Below, piece by piece: positions 25,554-35,058 of a DNA stretch of 64,000 bases. The DNA comes from a virus. Taxonomy: Duplodnaviria > Heunggongvirae > Uroviricota > Caudoviricetes. The notes under the pieces were generated by a model, which saw nothing but the letters and a program-made list of their open reading frames with translations, was not told the origin of the DNA and did no database searches. Location: IMG/VR virus record IMGVR_UViG_3300024269_000002; one strand, 5' to 3'. A program made the translations under genes and the position numbers. Positions within the stretch are counted from its first letter, which is position 1. Each line of letters starts with the position of its first letter.

Positions 25554-27605
25554 ATGGTTGCAGAAAATAATTTGGACTTATCAGCGCTTGACAGTCTTTC
25601 ACAGGAAGAACGGGACTATGCGCTAAAAGTTCTACAGGAATATGCGTGTGGTTCCGCTCAACTTTTTGATGAGCTAAAATATGCAGACTACAAAGAAATT
25701 CCTGTAGACATTGTTACATTCATAAAAGATCCGATGTATCTTGGAAAAGCATGGCATCTATCGGATGGTAAATGTAAGCTATTCCCTTTCTGGGAAAAGA
25801 AACTACAGGAATTGTTTCCTGATAACATAACTACTTCATATAACACATTTATTGAATCCGGTGCTCGTGGTTTAGGTAAATCTGAAATAGCTGTTGCGGT
25901 ATCGTTGTATCTGATGCATCGACTTATGTGTTTGAAAGATCCGTACTTAACATTGAACTTAAAGCCTACCGAACAAGTTGCATTTGCGTTCATGAATATT
26001 ACACAGGATCTTGCTCTTGATATCGGTATGGTTAAGTTTCAGAATACTGTACAATGTTCTCCTTGGTTTATGGAAAGAGGAACAATGTCAGGACGAAAAG
26101 TTCCGCAGTGGAATCCTCCTCCATTTATAAATATTATCATCGGATCTCAATCAAGTGATGTTATCGGACAAGCTGTTTATTATGCGTTCTTCGACGAGAT
26201 CAGCTTTATTCGTAACCAAGATGTTGAAGTACAGAAAGCTAAGGCACTTGATATGATTGACACCGCAATCGGTGGTATGATGACTCGTTTTACAAACAAA
26301 GGTCAAAACCCCACGTTGTTGTGTCTAGCTTCTTCAAAAAGATCAGAAAAATCCTTCATGGAAGAACATATAAAGAAGAAGTCAAAAACAGACAGCATGA
26401 AAACACTCATTGTTGATGAGCCTGTTTGGAATGTTCGTCCTGCAAGTGAGTACTCTGGAAAAAGATTCTATGTTGCTCAAGGTAACAGATTCCTGAACTC
26501 TGAAGTTTTACCACTCGACATTGAAGAGGAATCTCTAACTTTGTGGAGGAACAAAGGTTATAGAATTCTCGATGTTCCTATTGAATACTATGCAAAGTTT
26601 GTTGAAGAAATTGACCGTGCTCTTTGCGACTATGCTGGAGTTTCTTCAAGTGACTTACTTACATACATCAGTGGTAGCCGATTAGCAGAAACAAAGACGG
26701 ACACATATAAGAATCCATTCACAAAAGATATCATTGAGTGTGGCAATGCTCCTGATGATCATACTCAATATTATAATTTCTTTGATCTTAGTTGCATTCC
26801 TCCTAAGATGAAGTCAAAGCCCTTGTATATACATTTGGATATGTCCGTTAGCGGAGACAAAACAGGTATTGCAGGAACTTGGATTGCAGACAAGCGTCCA
26901 GCAGCTGAGGGTGAGCCTAGTTCGAAAGAATTACATTACCAATTAGCTTTTTCTGTCTCTGTTAAGGCTCCGAAAGGCTATCAAGTATCCTTTGAAAAAA
27001 ATCGTCAGTTTATATACTGGTTGAAGGAACAAGGATTTGTTATCCGAGGTGTATCAAGTGATACATATCAGAGTGCTGACTTGAAACAACAGCTGATATC
27101 TAAAGGATACAAATTTGAAACTATCTCTGTTGATAGAGTTTCACCTACAAGTAAAGTGTGTGAACCTTATCAATATTTGAAAAATACAATCTATGAAAAA
27201 CGAATCATTATGTATGATTCAGCTTTACTTACGGAAGAGTTACTAGGTCTTGAAAAAAATAGTAGTAACGGTAAGATTGACCACAGCCCACTTGGAATAA
27301 ATAGCAAGGACGCGGCGGACGCGGTTTGTGGATCAGTTTGGAATGCATCACGAAATGCTGATGAATACGATTATGATTACGGTGAAAATATTGAAACAAT
27401 GGCTGCTGTCAGCAGTGGCGAAAACTATATGGCTGCCGCACAACAGATTGCAGTTGACTTTGAGGCTGAAATGCAGAAATTATTAGACCCCGTAAGAGCT
27501 ACTGATTCTGAAAAGAAACAAACAGTTCACACGGATTTTGGACTTGGTGTTGCTCAGCCTCTATATAACAGCCCTTATGTGGCTGATGGAATAATTGTTT
27601 GGTGA
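25554..27605 (+). CDS. terL: Terminase large subunit
   Basis: Walker A GARGLGKS, Walker B FFDE, RNase-H-type YIHLD nuclease Asp, and C-terminal KD.AD.V; lies directly upstream of the portal. Confidence 0.9.
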   Translation: MVAENNLDLSALDSLSQEERDYALKVLQEYACGSAQLFDELKYADYKEIPVDIVTFIKDPMYLGKAWHLSDGKCKLFPFWEKKLQELFPDNITTSYNTFIESGARGLGKSEIAVAVSLYLMHRLMCLKDPYLTLNLKPTEQVAFAFMNITQDLALDIGMVKFQNTVQCSPWFMERGTMSGRKVPQWNPPPFINIIIGSQSSDVIGQAVYYAFFDEISFIRNQDVEVQKAKALDMIDTAIGGMMTRFTNKGQNPTLLCLASSKRSEKSFMEEHIKKKSKTDSMKTLIVDEPVWNVRPASEYSGKRFYVAQGNRFLNSEVLPLDIEEESLTLWRNKGYRILDVPIEYYAKFVEEIDRALCDYAGVSSSDLLTYISGSRLAETKTDTYKNPFTKDIIECGNAPDDHTQYYNFFDLSCIPPKMKSKPLYIHLDMSVSGDKTGIAGTWIADKRPAAEGEPSSKELHYQLAFSVSVKAPKGYQVSFEKNRQFIYWLKEQGFVIRGVSSDTYQSADLKQQLISKGYKFETISVDRVSPTSKVCEPYQYLKNTIYEKRIIMYDSALLTEELLGLEKNSSNGKIDHSPLGINSKDAADAVCGSVWNASRNADEYDYDYGENIETMAAVSSGENYMAAAQQIAVDFEAEMQKLLDPVRATDSEKKQTVHTDFGLGVAQPLYNSPYVADGIIVW

Positions 27606-27614
27606 GGATGTTGA

Positions 27615-29459
27615 ATGGATAAAGAAACATTAAGAAATAGTGCATTTCCTGAACAGGATCCTTCACTATTTGACAAACAAGTAAAGCCTGTCGCTGTTCC
27701 TCAACATGAGATTGGAATTGATCTTGACAATCATGTTCTCGACAATGTTGTTGAAACAATGGAGACAAGTCAGTTTGATATCAACGCATTGAACTCATTT
27801 ACTCAGGTTTCTAGAAGTCGTAATGATATCTACGACACGCTAGACGAGATGGGGGATGATTCAATCATTGCTGCTGTTCTCGAAACATATGCTGAGGACG
27901 CTACTGAAACTAATGATGCAGGTTCCATTGTGTGGGCGGAATCAAATGATAGTGAAGCACTGAAATTTGTTACTTACTTGTTGAACGCATTGAATGTAGA
28001 CAAGAATGTTTACAAGTGGACTTACAGTTTATGTAAATATGGAGATGTTTATCTTCGTTTGTACAGAGAGTCAGAGTATGATGACTTGCTGTTTGATAAG
28101 CCTCAACAAGGAAAGAAGAATCTGAATGAGGATATCAAGATTGTTGCATACAGTAAACACGATAACTATGTGCATTACCTTGAACAGATGCCTAATCCTG
28201 CTCAAGTTTTCGAGTTAACACGATTTGGCAAAACTGCCGCTTACATCAAGACGGATGTGCAATCAACAAGAACTCCTAAAGATAGTTATTCAACTGTTTC
28301 AAGTTTAGCAAATAGATATTCTTTCTATAAGAATGATGTTGAGCTATATCCTCCAACAGAGTTCGTTCATGGTTGTTTAGAAGATAACAGTAGCAGAACT
28401 CCGGAAGAAGTTGAGCTCTTTGTTAGCGACGATAAGTCGATAAGTTACAATGTAAAGCGTGGCCAATCACTGTTGTACAGTACTTATAAGATCTGGCGAC
28501 AACTCATGTTACTAGAAAACTCTGTCTTGTTAAACAGAGTTACACAATCTTCAATTGTTCGTGTCATTGGTGTTGAAGTTGGTGATATGCCGAAAGAGAA
28601 TGTTCAACCTCACTTAATGAGTGTTAAACAGCTGATTGAACAGAAAGCATCGCTTGATGTTGGCAAATCGATGAATGAGTACTCTAACCCGGGCCCAATT
28701 ATCAACAATGTTTACATCCCAACAAGAAATCAGCAAGGTGTTATTACTACACAACAAATTGGTGGCGATGTTAAAATCGGTGATCTAGCTGACCTAGATT
28801 ATTATCAGGATAAGTTCTTTGGTAACTTGAGAGTTCCTAAGCAATACTTTGGTGTTACGGATGACGGAGCTGGTTTCAGTGGTGGTCAGTCCTTGTCTAT
28901 CATTTCATCTCGTTACGCAAAGATGATCAAGCGTATTCAGAATACAATCATTCAAATGTTAACAGATGCTATCAATCTAATTCTGATTGATACTGGTAAC
29001 GATGCTTACATCAACAAGTTCACCCTGAAAATGCAAGCCCCTACAACTCAGGAAGAAGTTGATCGTAGAGATAATCTAAGTAACAAAGTTGGACTGGTTC
29101 GTGATATCATGGACACACTTGGAGACATTGAGACTCCTACAACTAAGCTGAAAATTCTAAAATCTCTACTGAGTAACACAATTGCCGATACTGATGTTAT
29201 TCAGCTGTTGGAAGAAGAGATTGAAAATATTGAAGCTGAGCAAGAAGCAATGGATGAAGAAACTCCAGTTGAAGAACCTGATGACTTCTCTGATGATACT
29301 CCGATGGACTTCTCTTCAGATAGTAATTCTGACTTCGGCAACTTCGATTCTGAAACAGTTACAACAGATGACTCAGTTGAGGAAGACGAGACATTACCAA
29401 CCCCAGGTGACCTCGACATTGGTGATGTATCTGATGCAACAAACCCTAATCTTGATTAA
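27615..29459 (+). CDS. Portal protein (T4 gp20-like)
   Basis: IAAVLETYAEDAT, LCKYGDVYL, WRQLMLLENSVLLNR..RV..VEVG.MP, DLDYYQDKFF..L.VPK; acidic tail; position between terL and protease. Confidence 0.88.
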   Translation: MDKETLRNSAFPEQDPSLFDKQVKPVAVPQHEIGIDLDNHVLDNVVETMETSQFDINALNSFTQVSRSRNDIYDTLDEMGDDSIIAAVLETYAEDATETNDAGSIVWAESNDSEALKFVTYLLNALNVDKNVYKWTYSLCKYGDVYLRLYRESEYDDLLFDKPQQGKKNLNEDIKIVAYSKHDNYVHYLEQMPNPAQVFELTRFGKTAAYIKTDVQSTRTPKDSYSTVSSLANRYSFYKNDVELYPPTEFVHGCLEDNSSRTPEEVELFVSDDKSISYNVKRGQSLLYSTYKIWRQLMLLENSVLLNRVTQSSIVRVIGVEVGDMPKENVQPHLMSVKQLIEQKASLDVGKSMNEYSNPGPIINNVYIPTRNQQGVITTQQIGGDVKIGDLADLDYYQDKFFGNLRVPKQYFGVTDDGAGFSGGQSLSIISSRYAKMIKRIQNTIIQMLTDAINLILIDTGNDAYINKFTLKMQAPTTQEEVDRRDNLSNKVGLVRDIMDTLGDIETPTTKLKILKSLLSNTIADTDVIQLLEEEIENIEAEQEAMDEETPVEEPDDFSDDTPMDFSSDSNSDFGNFDSETVTTDDSVEEDETLPTPGDLDIGDVSDATNPNLD

Positions 29460-29463
29460 GTAA

Positions 29464-29506
29464 ATCTTCCTAAACTACAACAATATTTGATTTAGTTTAG
29501 GAAGAT
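29464..29506 (+). terminator. Hairpin after portal
   Basis: ATCTTCCTAAACTA / TAGTTTAGGAAGAT 14-bp stem, 15-nt loop; no T-tract. Confidence 0.45.
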
Positions 29507-29600
29507 ACCCTTAACTCTAATATAAATTATCATGTGCAATTTGCGCCTTAGCGCAAGGAGTTTAGCCAGTAATAACTGGGAAAGGAAATTGTATAATATT

Positions 29601-30065
29601 ATGATAACAAGAAGAGATTGTATTTTGTTACTTTCCGAGCTATCGGGTAAAGGAATTGATACTACCGCAATGTTGAACAAAGCAATTAAAAGCTCCGATG
29701 TTGACATTGCAGTTGTTAAATTTATTAACAGTCATAGACCTTTTGATGCAAACTTGTTCTACGAAAAACTAAGAAAGAGCTATAATCACAAGAAGTCCAA
29801 TCTATACAAAAATATTGTTACTTGTGATGAAGTTGACTGTTCAGATCATGTTTTAACAACTTTAGCTGCTCTCAATTTACAGATTCTTCTTTACATGAAC
29901 AGTGTTGAGGATTCAAAGATGTTCATGTCACACACAAGATTTGAAGAGATCAATCAAGTACTACTCAATTATAGTAGAACCTATGATCTTGTTCCTTGTA
30001 TCAAAGTTTTACAAATTATCAAAGCTGATTTGAAAGCATTTGAATACATCAGCAAAAATATTTGA
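29601..30065 (+). CDS. Hypothetical head-module protein
   Basis: Likely start ATG 29601 (MITRRDC); helical, lies between portal and protease. Confidence 0.55.
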   Translation: MITRRDCILLLSELSGKGIDTTAMLNKAIKSSDVDIAVVKFINSHRPFDANLFYEKLRKSYNHKKSNLYKNIVTCDEVDCSDHVLTTLAALNLQILLYMNSVEDSKMFMSHTRFEEINQVLLNYSRTYDLVPCIKVLQIIKADLKAFEYISKNI

Positions 30066-30103
30066 TAACAGTATTCAAAAATAATTAAGTCAGATAATAA
30101 GCG

Positions 30104-30117
30104 CTAAATTGTATAAC
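30104..30117 (+). promoter_or_regulatory. Candidate phage-specific (late) promoter motif, representative copy CTAAATTGTATAAC
   Basis: The TTGTATA core recurs upstream of genes at 6316, 17076, 20491, 24664, 29589, 30109, 33878, 33906, 43173 and 60154. Confidence 0.5.
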
Positions 30118-30170
30118 ATTTTATCAATAGAAATTAGTACGCTTTGCTGCACTTGAGGAAAGGTGATTGT

Positions 30171-31745
30171 ATGATGTTAGAGCATTACAATGTGAATAAC
30201 GAAATGCAGTACCAGAAACTGACTGCCGAAGAACAGCAAGCGCGTGGTATTCTAGGCAGACTCGTTGGTATCATTGCAGATTTTAAGAACGCCACCAGAA
30301 ATGGTCGTAAATATACAGAAGAGTTGTGGGATAAAGCATTTAACAATCCGATCATTAAAGAGAAGTTTGAAAATAGATGCTTATTCGGCGAGCTCGGCCA
30401 TCCTGTTGACAGACAGGAAGTTGATATGGAAAAAGTTTGTATCTGTTTAGCCGAACCTCCGAAGAAAGGCAACGATGGCAAACTATATGGCGTGTTTGAT
30501 ATTCTTGACACCCCCAATGGTAGAATTCTAAAAACTTTCTGTGACTATGGAACAAGAATTGGTGTGTCCAGTAGAGGTTCCGGTGACACGTTTGAAGATT
30601 ACAATGGTGATGAAACCGTTGATCCTGATTCTTATGATTGTGAGTGCTGGGATGCAGTATTGCTTCCTGCTGTGAAAGCAGCTCGTCCCGTGTATGTAAC
30701 AGAGTCTTATGATCCTAGTAAGAGAACATTAAAGAAAGCTCTTCAGGAAGCACTGGAAAGCTCAACTGAGGATGAAAAGAAGATCATGATTGAAACTTTG
30801 AATGATCTTGAAGTAGATTATACTTCAGAAGAAAATACCAGTGCTGTTGAAGAATCAACAGCTACTGATAATATAAGTGAAGAAGTAACCCTTGAGGATG
30901 ATCCTATGGCAGCCGAAGATGACGGAGCCAAAGAATTGATTCAAGAGTTACAAGAAGCACTAAAGACACAGCAAGATTTAGAGCAACAAGTAAAATCGTT
31001 ACAAGAGAAGTTGTCAGTTTGTTATACAAAGGAAGCTCGATATAGTGCGGTTTTAGGAAAAACTCGTGATGAGTTAGCTCAAGTTAAGTCTGAAAACAAA
31101 CAACTTGTTGAACAGTTAGAAACAGTAAACTTTGAAAAGGAAACTGCAAATTCAACTGTTGCTAATCAACAAGAGCGCATCCGAAAGCTTCAAGAGCGTT
31201 TGGGTGAAGGAAGAGGACAGAATCAAAAGTTAACTGAAAGTTTAACTAGTAAAGATTCTGTAATCTCAGAACTAAGAAGCACAATTAGTTCCTTGCAAGA
31301 GGACTTGAAGAAGTCTGATGCAGATAAGGATGCTGAATGTGCAAGACTTACTGAGGCTCTTGCCGAAAGTAAGAAGGATTCAAAGATTATCAGAAGTCAG
31401 GCTTCTGCAAAAGTAGCTCAAGCTCAGCAGTTGACTGAAAAGTACAAGACAATTGCTAAAACAGCAGTTGATAAGTACATCAAGTCTCAAGCTATTCGTA
31501 TTGGAGTATCTCCTGAAGATATCAAGAATCGCTTGAATGAAAATTATTCCTTCAATGATATTGATCGTGTTTGCGAAAGTTTACAGAAGTATAAACTCAA
31601 TGTTAACGCGCTACCATTCAATGTTAGAAGTGATAAGCCTGTTCGGATGACAATCAAGGAATCAAGAGAAGTAATTCATCCTGTAAACAATGACGACAGG
31701 ATTGATGACGAGGTTGATACAACCTTAAGTAACTTCCTAAACTAA
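30171..31745 (+). CDS. Prohead protease (T4 gp21/U9-like) fused to coiled-coil scaffold
   Basis: NATRNGRKY, GELGHP and GVSSRGSG motifs; C-terminal ~330 aa acidic coiled coil. Start placed after the AAGGTGA RBS. Confidence 0.88.
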   Translation: MMLEHYNVNNEMQYQKLTAEEQQARGILGRLVGIIADFKNATRNGRKYTEELWDKAFNNPIIKEKFENRCLFGELGHPVDRQEVDMEKVCICLAEPPKKGNDGKLYGVFDILDTPNGRILKTFCDYGTRIGVSSRGSGDTFEDYNGDETVDPDSYDCECWDAVLLPAVKAARPVYVTESYDPSKRTLKKALQEALESSTEDEKKIMIETLNDLEVDYTSEENTSAVEESTATDNISEEVTLEDDPMAAEDDGAKELIQELQEALKTQQDLEQQVKSLQEKLSVCYTKEARYSAVLGKTRDELAQVKSENKQLVEQLETVNFEKETANSTVANQQERIRKLQERLGEGRGQNQKLTESLTSKDSVISELRSTISSLQEDLKKSDADKDAECARLTEALAESKKDSKIIRSQASAKVAQAQQLTEKYKTIAKTAVDKYIKSQAIRIGVSPEDIKNRLNENYSFNDIDRVCESLQKYKLNVNALPFNVRSDKPVRMTIKESREVIHPVNNDDRIDDEVDTTLSNFLN

Positions 31746-31798
31746 GTCGTCATTGATTGTTTTTACATAATTAAAATAACATATTTGGAGAAAGTATA

Positions 31799-33058
31799 AT
31801 GGCTACTAAGTCTTTATTTGAGGCCTACAAGAACCGCCTCGCTGTTGCCAACACTGTTTATGGCAAGATGCACAATGGCGAAACAATGAGCCAGAATCGT
31901 AAGCTCGTTACCGCTAAGTGCTTAGAGAACGTTAACCGTTTCATGAACGAAGCTTTTGAGCAGTCTGCTGGCACTCAGAGAGCTGACATGGGTATGTTCA
32001 AGAAGTTTGCTCTGAACTTGACTACTGTTGCTCTGCCTAACTTGATCGCTCACGATCTTGTTATTGTTCATCCTATGAGCTCTATGTCTGGTTACATCAC
32101 CTACATTGAGTATCAGTATGCTTCCAACAAGGGTGCTACTAAGCAGGGTGACCTGATTAGCAATCCTTTCGGATTCGGTAATGTTGATACTGACTTCACT
32201 GGTGCAAAAGTTGTTGAGACTATTGCAGAAGGTCAGACTGAACTTGCATGGAAGCCTATCGCTGGTTCCGTTGAGAAGTTCGCTGATGGTGCATGGACTG
32301 CTGTAGAAGGCGAGTACAAGCCCGTTGCTGGTGACAAAGTTCGTTATCATTACGATAACATTGTAATTCCTCAGAATGATCTTCCTATGATCAAGGCTGA
32401 GATGAAGTCTATGTCTCTCGTGGCTAAGGCTCGTAGAATTGCTGTTTACTACAGCCAGATCGCTGCTTATCAGGCTAAGACAGACTACGGTGTAGATCTC
32501 GGTGATCAGCTGGCTGAGAAGGCAGTTGGTGAGTTGTCTTACGAGATTGACACTGAGATTACAAACATGCTCGTTGAGAATGCAAAGGAAGACGCAGAGC
32601 TTGTTTGGAGTAAGACTCTTCCGATGGGTGTGTCTAAGGCTGAGCACTACGAAGGATTTGTTGAGATCCTTGAGATTGCTAAGCAGAAGATCTACGACGC
32701 AACTAAGAAGTTTGCTCCTAACTACGTGATCTGTGCTTCTAACTTGCTGCCTGTTCTCTCTGTTGTTAAGAGCTGGAACGCTGCTCCTGCTGGTCAGATC
32801 AATGGTCCTTACTTCGCTGGTACTATCAATGGCTTGAAGGTTTTCGTAACTCCTAACATTGAGGCTGGTAAGTTCGTTGTTGGTTGCAACGGTAACGATA
32901 TGATGAGCTCCGCTGCTGTTTACGCACCTTACATGGCTATCGTTCCTACTCAGCTGCTCGGTTATGCTGATGGTGGAATGAGCCAGGGCTGGTCTACTTT
33001 GTATGACCTCAAGATGCTGAACGACAAGCTACTCATTGCTGGTCGTGTTACTGCTTGA
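31799..33058 (+). CDS. Major capsid protein (T4 gp23-like)
   Basis: VHPMSSMSGYITY, AKARRIAVYYS..AAYQ...YG.D, LSYEIDTEI, YAPY motifs; strongly biased codons; followed by a strong terminator. Confidence 0.92.
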   Translation: MATKSLFEAYKNRLAVANTVYGKMHNGETMSQNRKLVTAKCLENVNRFMNEAFEQSAGTQRADMGMFKKFALNLTTVALPNLIAHDLVIVHPMSSMSGYITYIEYQYASNKGATKQGDLISNPFGFGNVDTDFTGAKVVETIAEGQTELAWKPIAGSVEKFADGAWTAVEGEYKPVAGDKVRYHYDNIVIPQNDLPMIKAEMKSMSLVAKARRIAVYYSQIAAYQAKTDYGVDLGDQLAEKAVGELSYEIDTEITNMLVENAKEDAELVWSKTLPMGVSKAEHYEGFVEILEIAKQKIYDATKKFAPNYVICASNLLPVLSVVKSWNAAPAGQINGPYFAGTINGLKVFVTPNIEAGKFVVGCNGNDMMSSAAVYAPYMAIVPTQLLGYADGGMSQGWSTLYDLKMLNDKLLIAGRVTA

Positions 33059-33091
33059 TTATAAGTAGAATAACATATTCATATCTCTAAC

Positions 33092-33131
33092 AAATACGGA
33101 GGAGGAAAATAAATCCTCCTCCGTATTTTTA
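33092..33131 (+). terminator. Intrinsic terminator after major capsid gene
   Basis: AAATACGGAGGAGGA-AAATAAA-TCCTCCTCCGTATTT plus TT. Confidence 0.85.
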
Positions 33132-33216
33132 TTGATCATAGAAAACCAATCGTACGTGTACAAACTGTTTGGTTAGATCATGTATATACAACTATATGAG
33201 GAATTAAACAGTTTGT

Positions 33217-33245
33217 TTGGATTGTTGTTATTCCTTTACTATAAT
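33217..33245 (+). promoter_or_regulatory. Sigma-A/70-type promoter for 33290
   Basis: TTGGAT-17 nt-TATAAT. Confidence 0.5.
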
Positions 33246-33289
33246 TATATGATGATTTGATATAGTATTCAACTATAGGAAAGAGTAAC

Positions 33290-33778
33290 ATGGACTTAAC
33301 TGCACAAAATATTGGAATGGTCATTCTTGTGCTAATTGTAATGGTTCCACAACTGATCAAGTCAGTGCAGTGGGTGCTAAAAGTTGTTAAAGAGCATAAG
33401 AAAAACCAGAGAGAAGCTTTTGAAGCTGGTCAAGCTGATCAAGCAAAGACCGAAGAGGTTGAAGAGCGTTTCGAAGCCGGTGAAGAAAAGATTGAGAAAC
33501 TAATACAGGAAGAGAGCGCAATTCTAACTTCACTTGAATCAATAAGACAATGTTTGGAATGGTTGAACGAATCTGATAACTTGAATATAAAATATGTTAT
33601 CAAGCGTTCTTGGGAACAAACTGTTGTTGAGGGAAAACCTCTTGATCATTATGAGCATGAATTACTTGAGCATAGATATGCAATCTATAGATTGCGTGGC
33701 GGAAACAGCTGGGCTGAAGGTATGATGAACGAAATTCGTGATGCTCGTAAAAAGTATTACAAGAATCAAAATCATTGA
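33290..33778 (+). CDS. Holin-like/membrane protein (one N-terminal TM segment, coiled coil, YxxxGGN motif)
   Basis: Hydrophobic IGMVILVLIVMVPQLI, then coiled coil, then YAIYRLRGGNSW, a motif common in lysis-adjacent Bacillota phage proteins. Confidence 0.45.
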   Translation: MDLTAQNIGMVILVLIVMVPQLIKSVQWVLKVVKEHKKNQREAFEAGQADQAKTEEVEERFEAGEEKIEKLIQEESAILTSLESIRQCLEWLNESDNLNIKYVIKRSWEQTVVEGKPLDHYEHELLEHRYAIYRLRGGNSWAEGMMNEIRDARKKYYKNQNH

Positions 33779-33785
33779 TTTCAAG

Positions 33786-33814
33786 TTGAATTAACATTTT
33801 TACACATATATAAT
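33786..33814 (+). promoter_or_regulatory. Sigma-A/70-type promoter upstream of 33948
   Basis: TTGAAT-17 nt-TATAAT. Confidence 0.55.
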
Positions 33815-33947
33815 ACGAACGAAGTGAGTATTATATTAAATGTAGTAAATATAAGTTAGTGACTATTAGTCACTAAATTGTATATAACAATATATAACTA
33901 TAGAGTTGTATACATTCAAATAACTAATTATTCTTAGGAGATTAACT

Positions 33948-34214
33948 ATGTTTGTATATCAGAATGCAAATCGTGATATCTGCGTAACATTCAAGAACAA
34001 CAAGCCAGTGGCCGATCCTGAGTATGTGATTTCTATCAATAATGCTACAGGTACTGTTACTGTTAATGGTAAGTTAGTGGAGGTGGCTTCAAAAGAGGCT
34101 GCAAAACCTGCTGCTACTGAGAAGGCAGCAAAGGCTACTACAAAGACAACAACCAAGGCTGCAGCTCCTGCTGTTGAACCTGTTGTTGAAGAGCCAGAGG
34201 CTAAAGAGGAATAA
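33948..34214 (+). CDS. Small hypothetical protein with Ala/Lys/Glu-rich tail
   Basis: TAGGAG RBS; 88 aa with MCP-like codon bias. Confidence 0.6.
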   Translation: MFVYQNANRDICVTFKNNKPVADPEYVISINNATGTVTVNGKLVEVASKEAAKPAATEKAAKATTKTTTKAAAPAVEPVVEEPEAKEE

Positions 34215-34289
34215 TATACGCTGGTGAGCTTTTTGTTTTTCAAATAAGAGATACATTAAGCTCACTATTACTTATGAGGTGAGTTATTG

Positions 34290-35009
34290 ATGGATATGCA
34301 AGCTGTAAAAGATGAAATTCTGTTGAAACTCACAGGTGATGTTCTTGAGATGGAACTTTCTGATGCCTCGTTGACGAAGATCATCAATTCTAGTTTACGA
34401 GAAATTCAGCGATACATTGACACTGTTGTACTTGAAACAATTCCATATTCAAAATGTATTGATATGTCGCAATGCACACACAAAGTAAGCTCTGTTATCG
34501 GTGTTAGAAGATCGGAAGGCTACATGATAGATTCTGAAGACACAACATCTGCGGTAATGGATCCGATGTATGCAAGTCAATGGCAGATTCTTTCAGGTTT
34601 AGGAAATGTTACAAACTTAACAGACTATGCGTATAATTACGCATCATGGAATACTATTCTCCAGATCAAGAATACAACTTCAACTGACCTTGCATTTCAT
34701 TATGACAAGATGAGTAACAAGTTATATATCAATGTTGCAAGTAACTTACCTAAAAATGTCACGGTGATATATGTTCCAAGATTTGATGATGTTTCACAGA
34801 TTACATCAGACTTCTGGATTGACGTTTTGATTCGACATGCTGTTGCTCAAACAAAGGTTGTAGTTGGCCGCGTTAGAACTAAATTCAAGCAGTCTAATGC
34901 CTTGTGGGTTTTGGACGGAGATACTTTGTTACAAGAGGGAACTACTGAATTAGCTGCTTTGAGAGAAGAGCTACGAAGTAGCACACAACTTGTTTACGGT
35001 ATCGACTAA
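34290..35009 (+). CDS. Neck/head-tail adaptor (T4 gp13-like)
   Basis: EILLKLTG.VLEMELSD; C-terminal HAVAQTK...GR.R.KF...LDG..L..EG..E...LREEL. GAGGTGA RBS places the start at 34290. Confidence 0.7.
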   Translation: MDMQAVKDEILLKLTGDVLEMELSDASLTKIINSSLREIQRYIDTVVLETIPYSKCIDMSQCTHKVSSVIGVRRSEGYMIDSEDTTSAVMDPMYASQWQILSGLGNVTNLTDYAYNYASWNTILQIKNTTSTDLAFHYDKMSNKLYINVASNLPKNVTVIYVPRFDDVSQITSDFWIDVLIRHAVAQTKVVVGRVRTKFKQSNALWVLDGDTLLQEGTTELAALREELRSSTQLVYGID

Positions 35010-35058
35010 GATAACTTGTGATTGATAACTTATAAAATATGAGGAGAATAATTGAACA

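Noticed and set aside
29532-29600. N-terminal extensions given by the ORF track (also 20519, 30144, 36344, 37546, 41554)
   Set aside because: Downstream ATGs have properly spaced RBSs, and the extensions overlap hairpins, motifs or upstream genes.
25554-33058. Inteins or group I introns in terminase, portal or capsid
   Set aside because: Lengths and motif spacing are continuous; no C/S...HN splice motifs or LAGLIDADG insertions were seen.
33059-33947. tRNA or other known ncRNA genes in intergenic gaps
   Set aside because: The gaps are short and AT-rich, with no cloverleaf, T-loop GTTCRA or CCA pattern.
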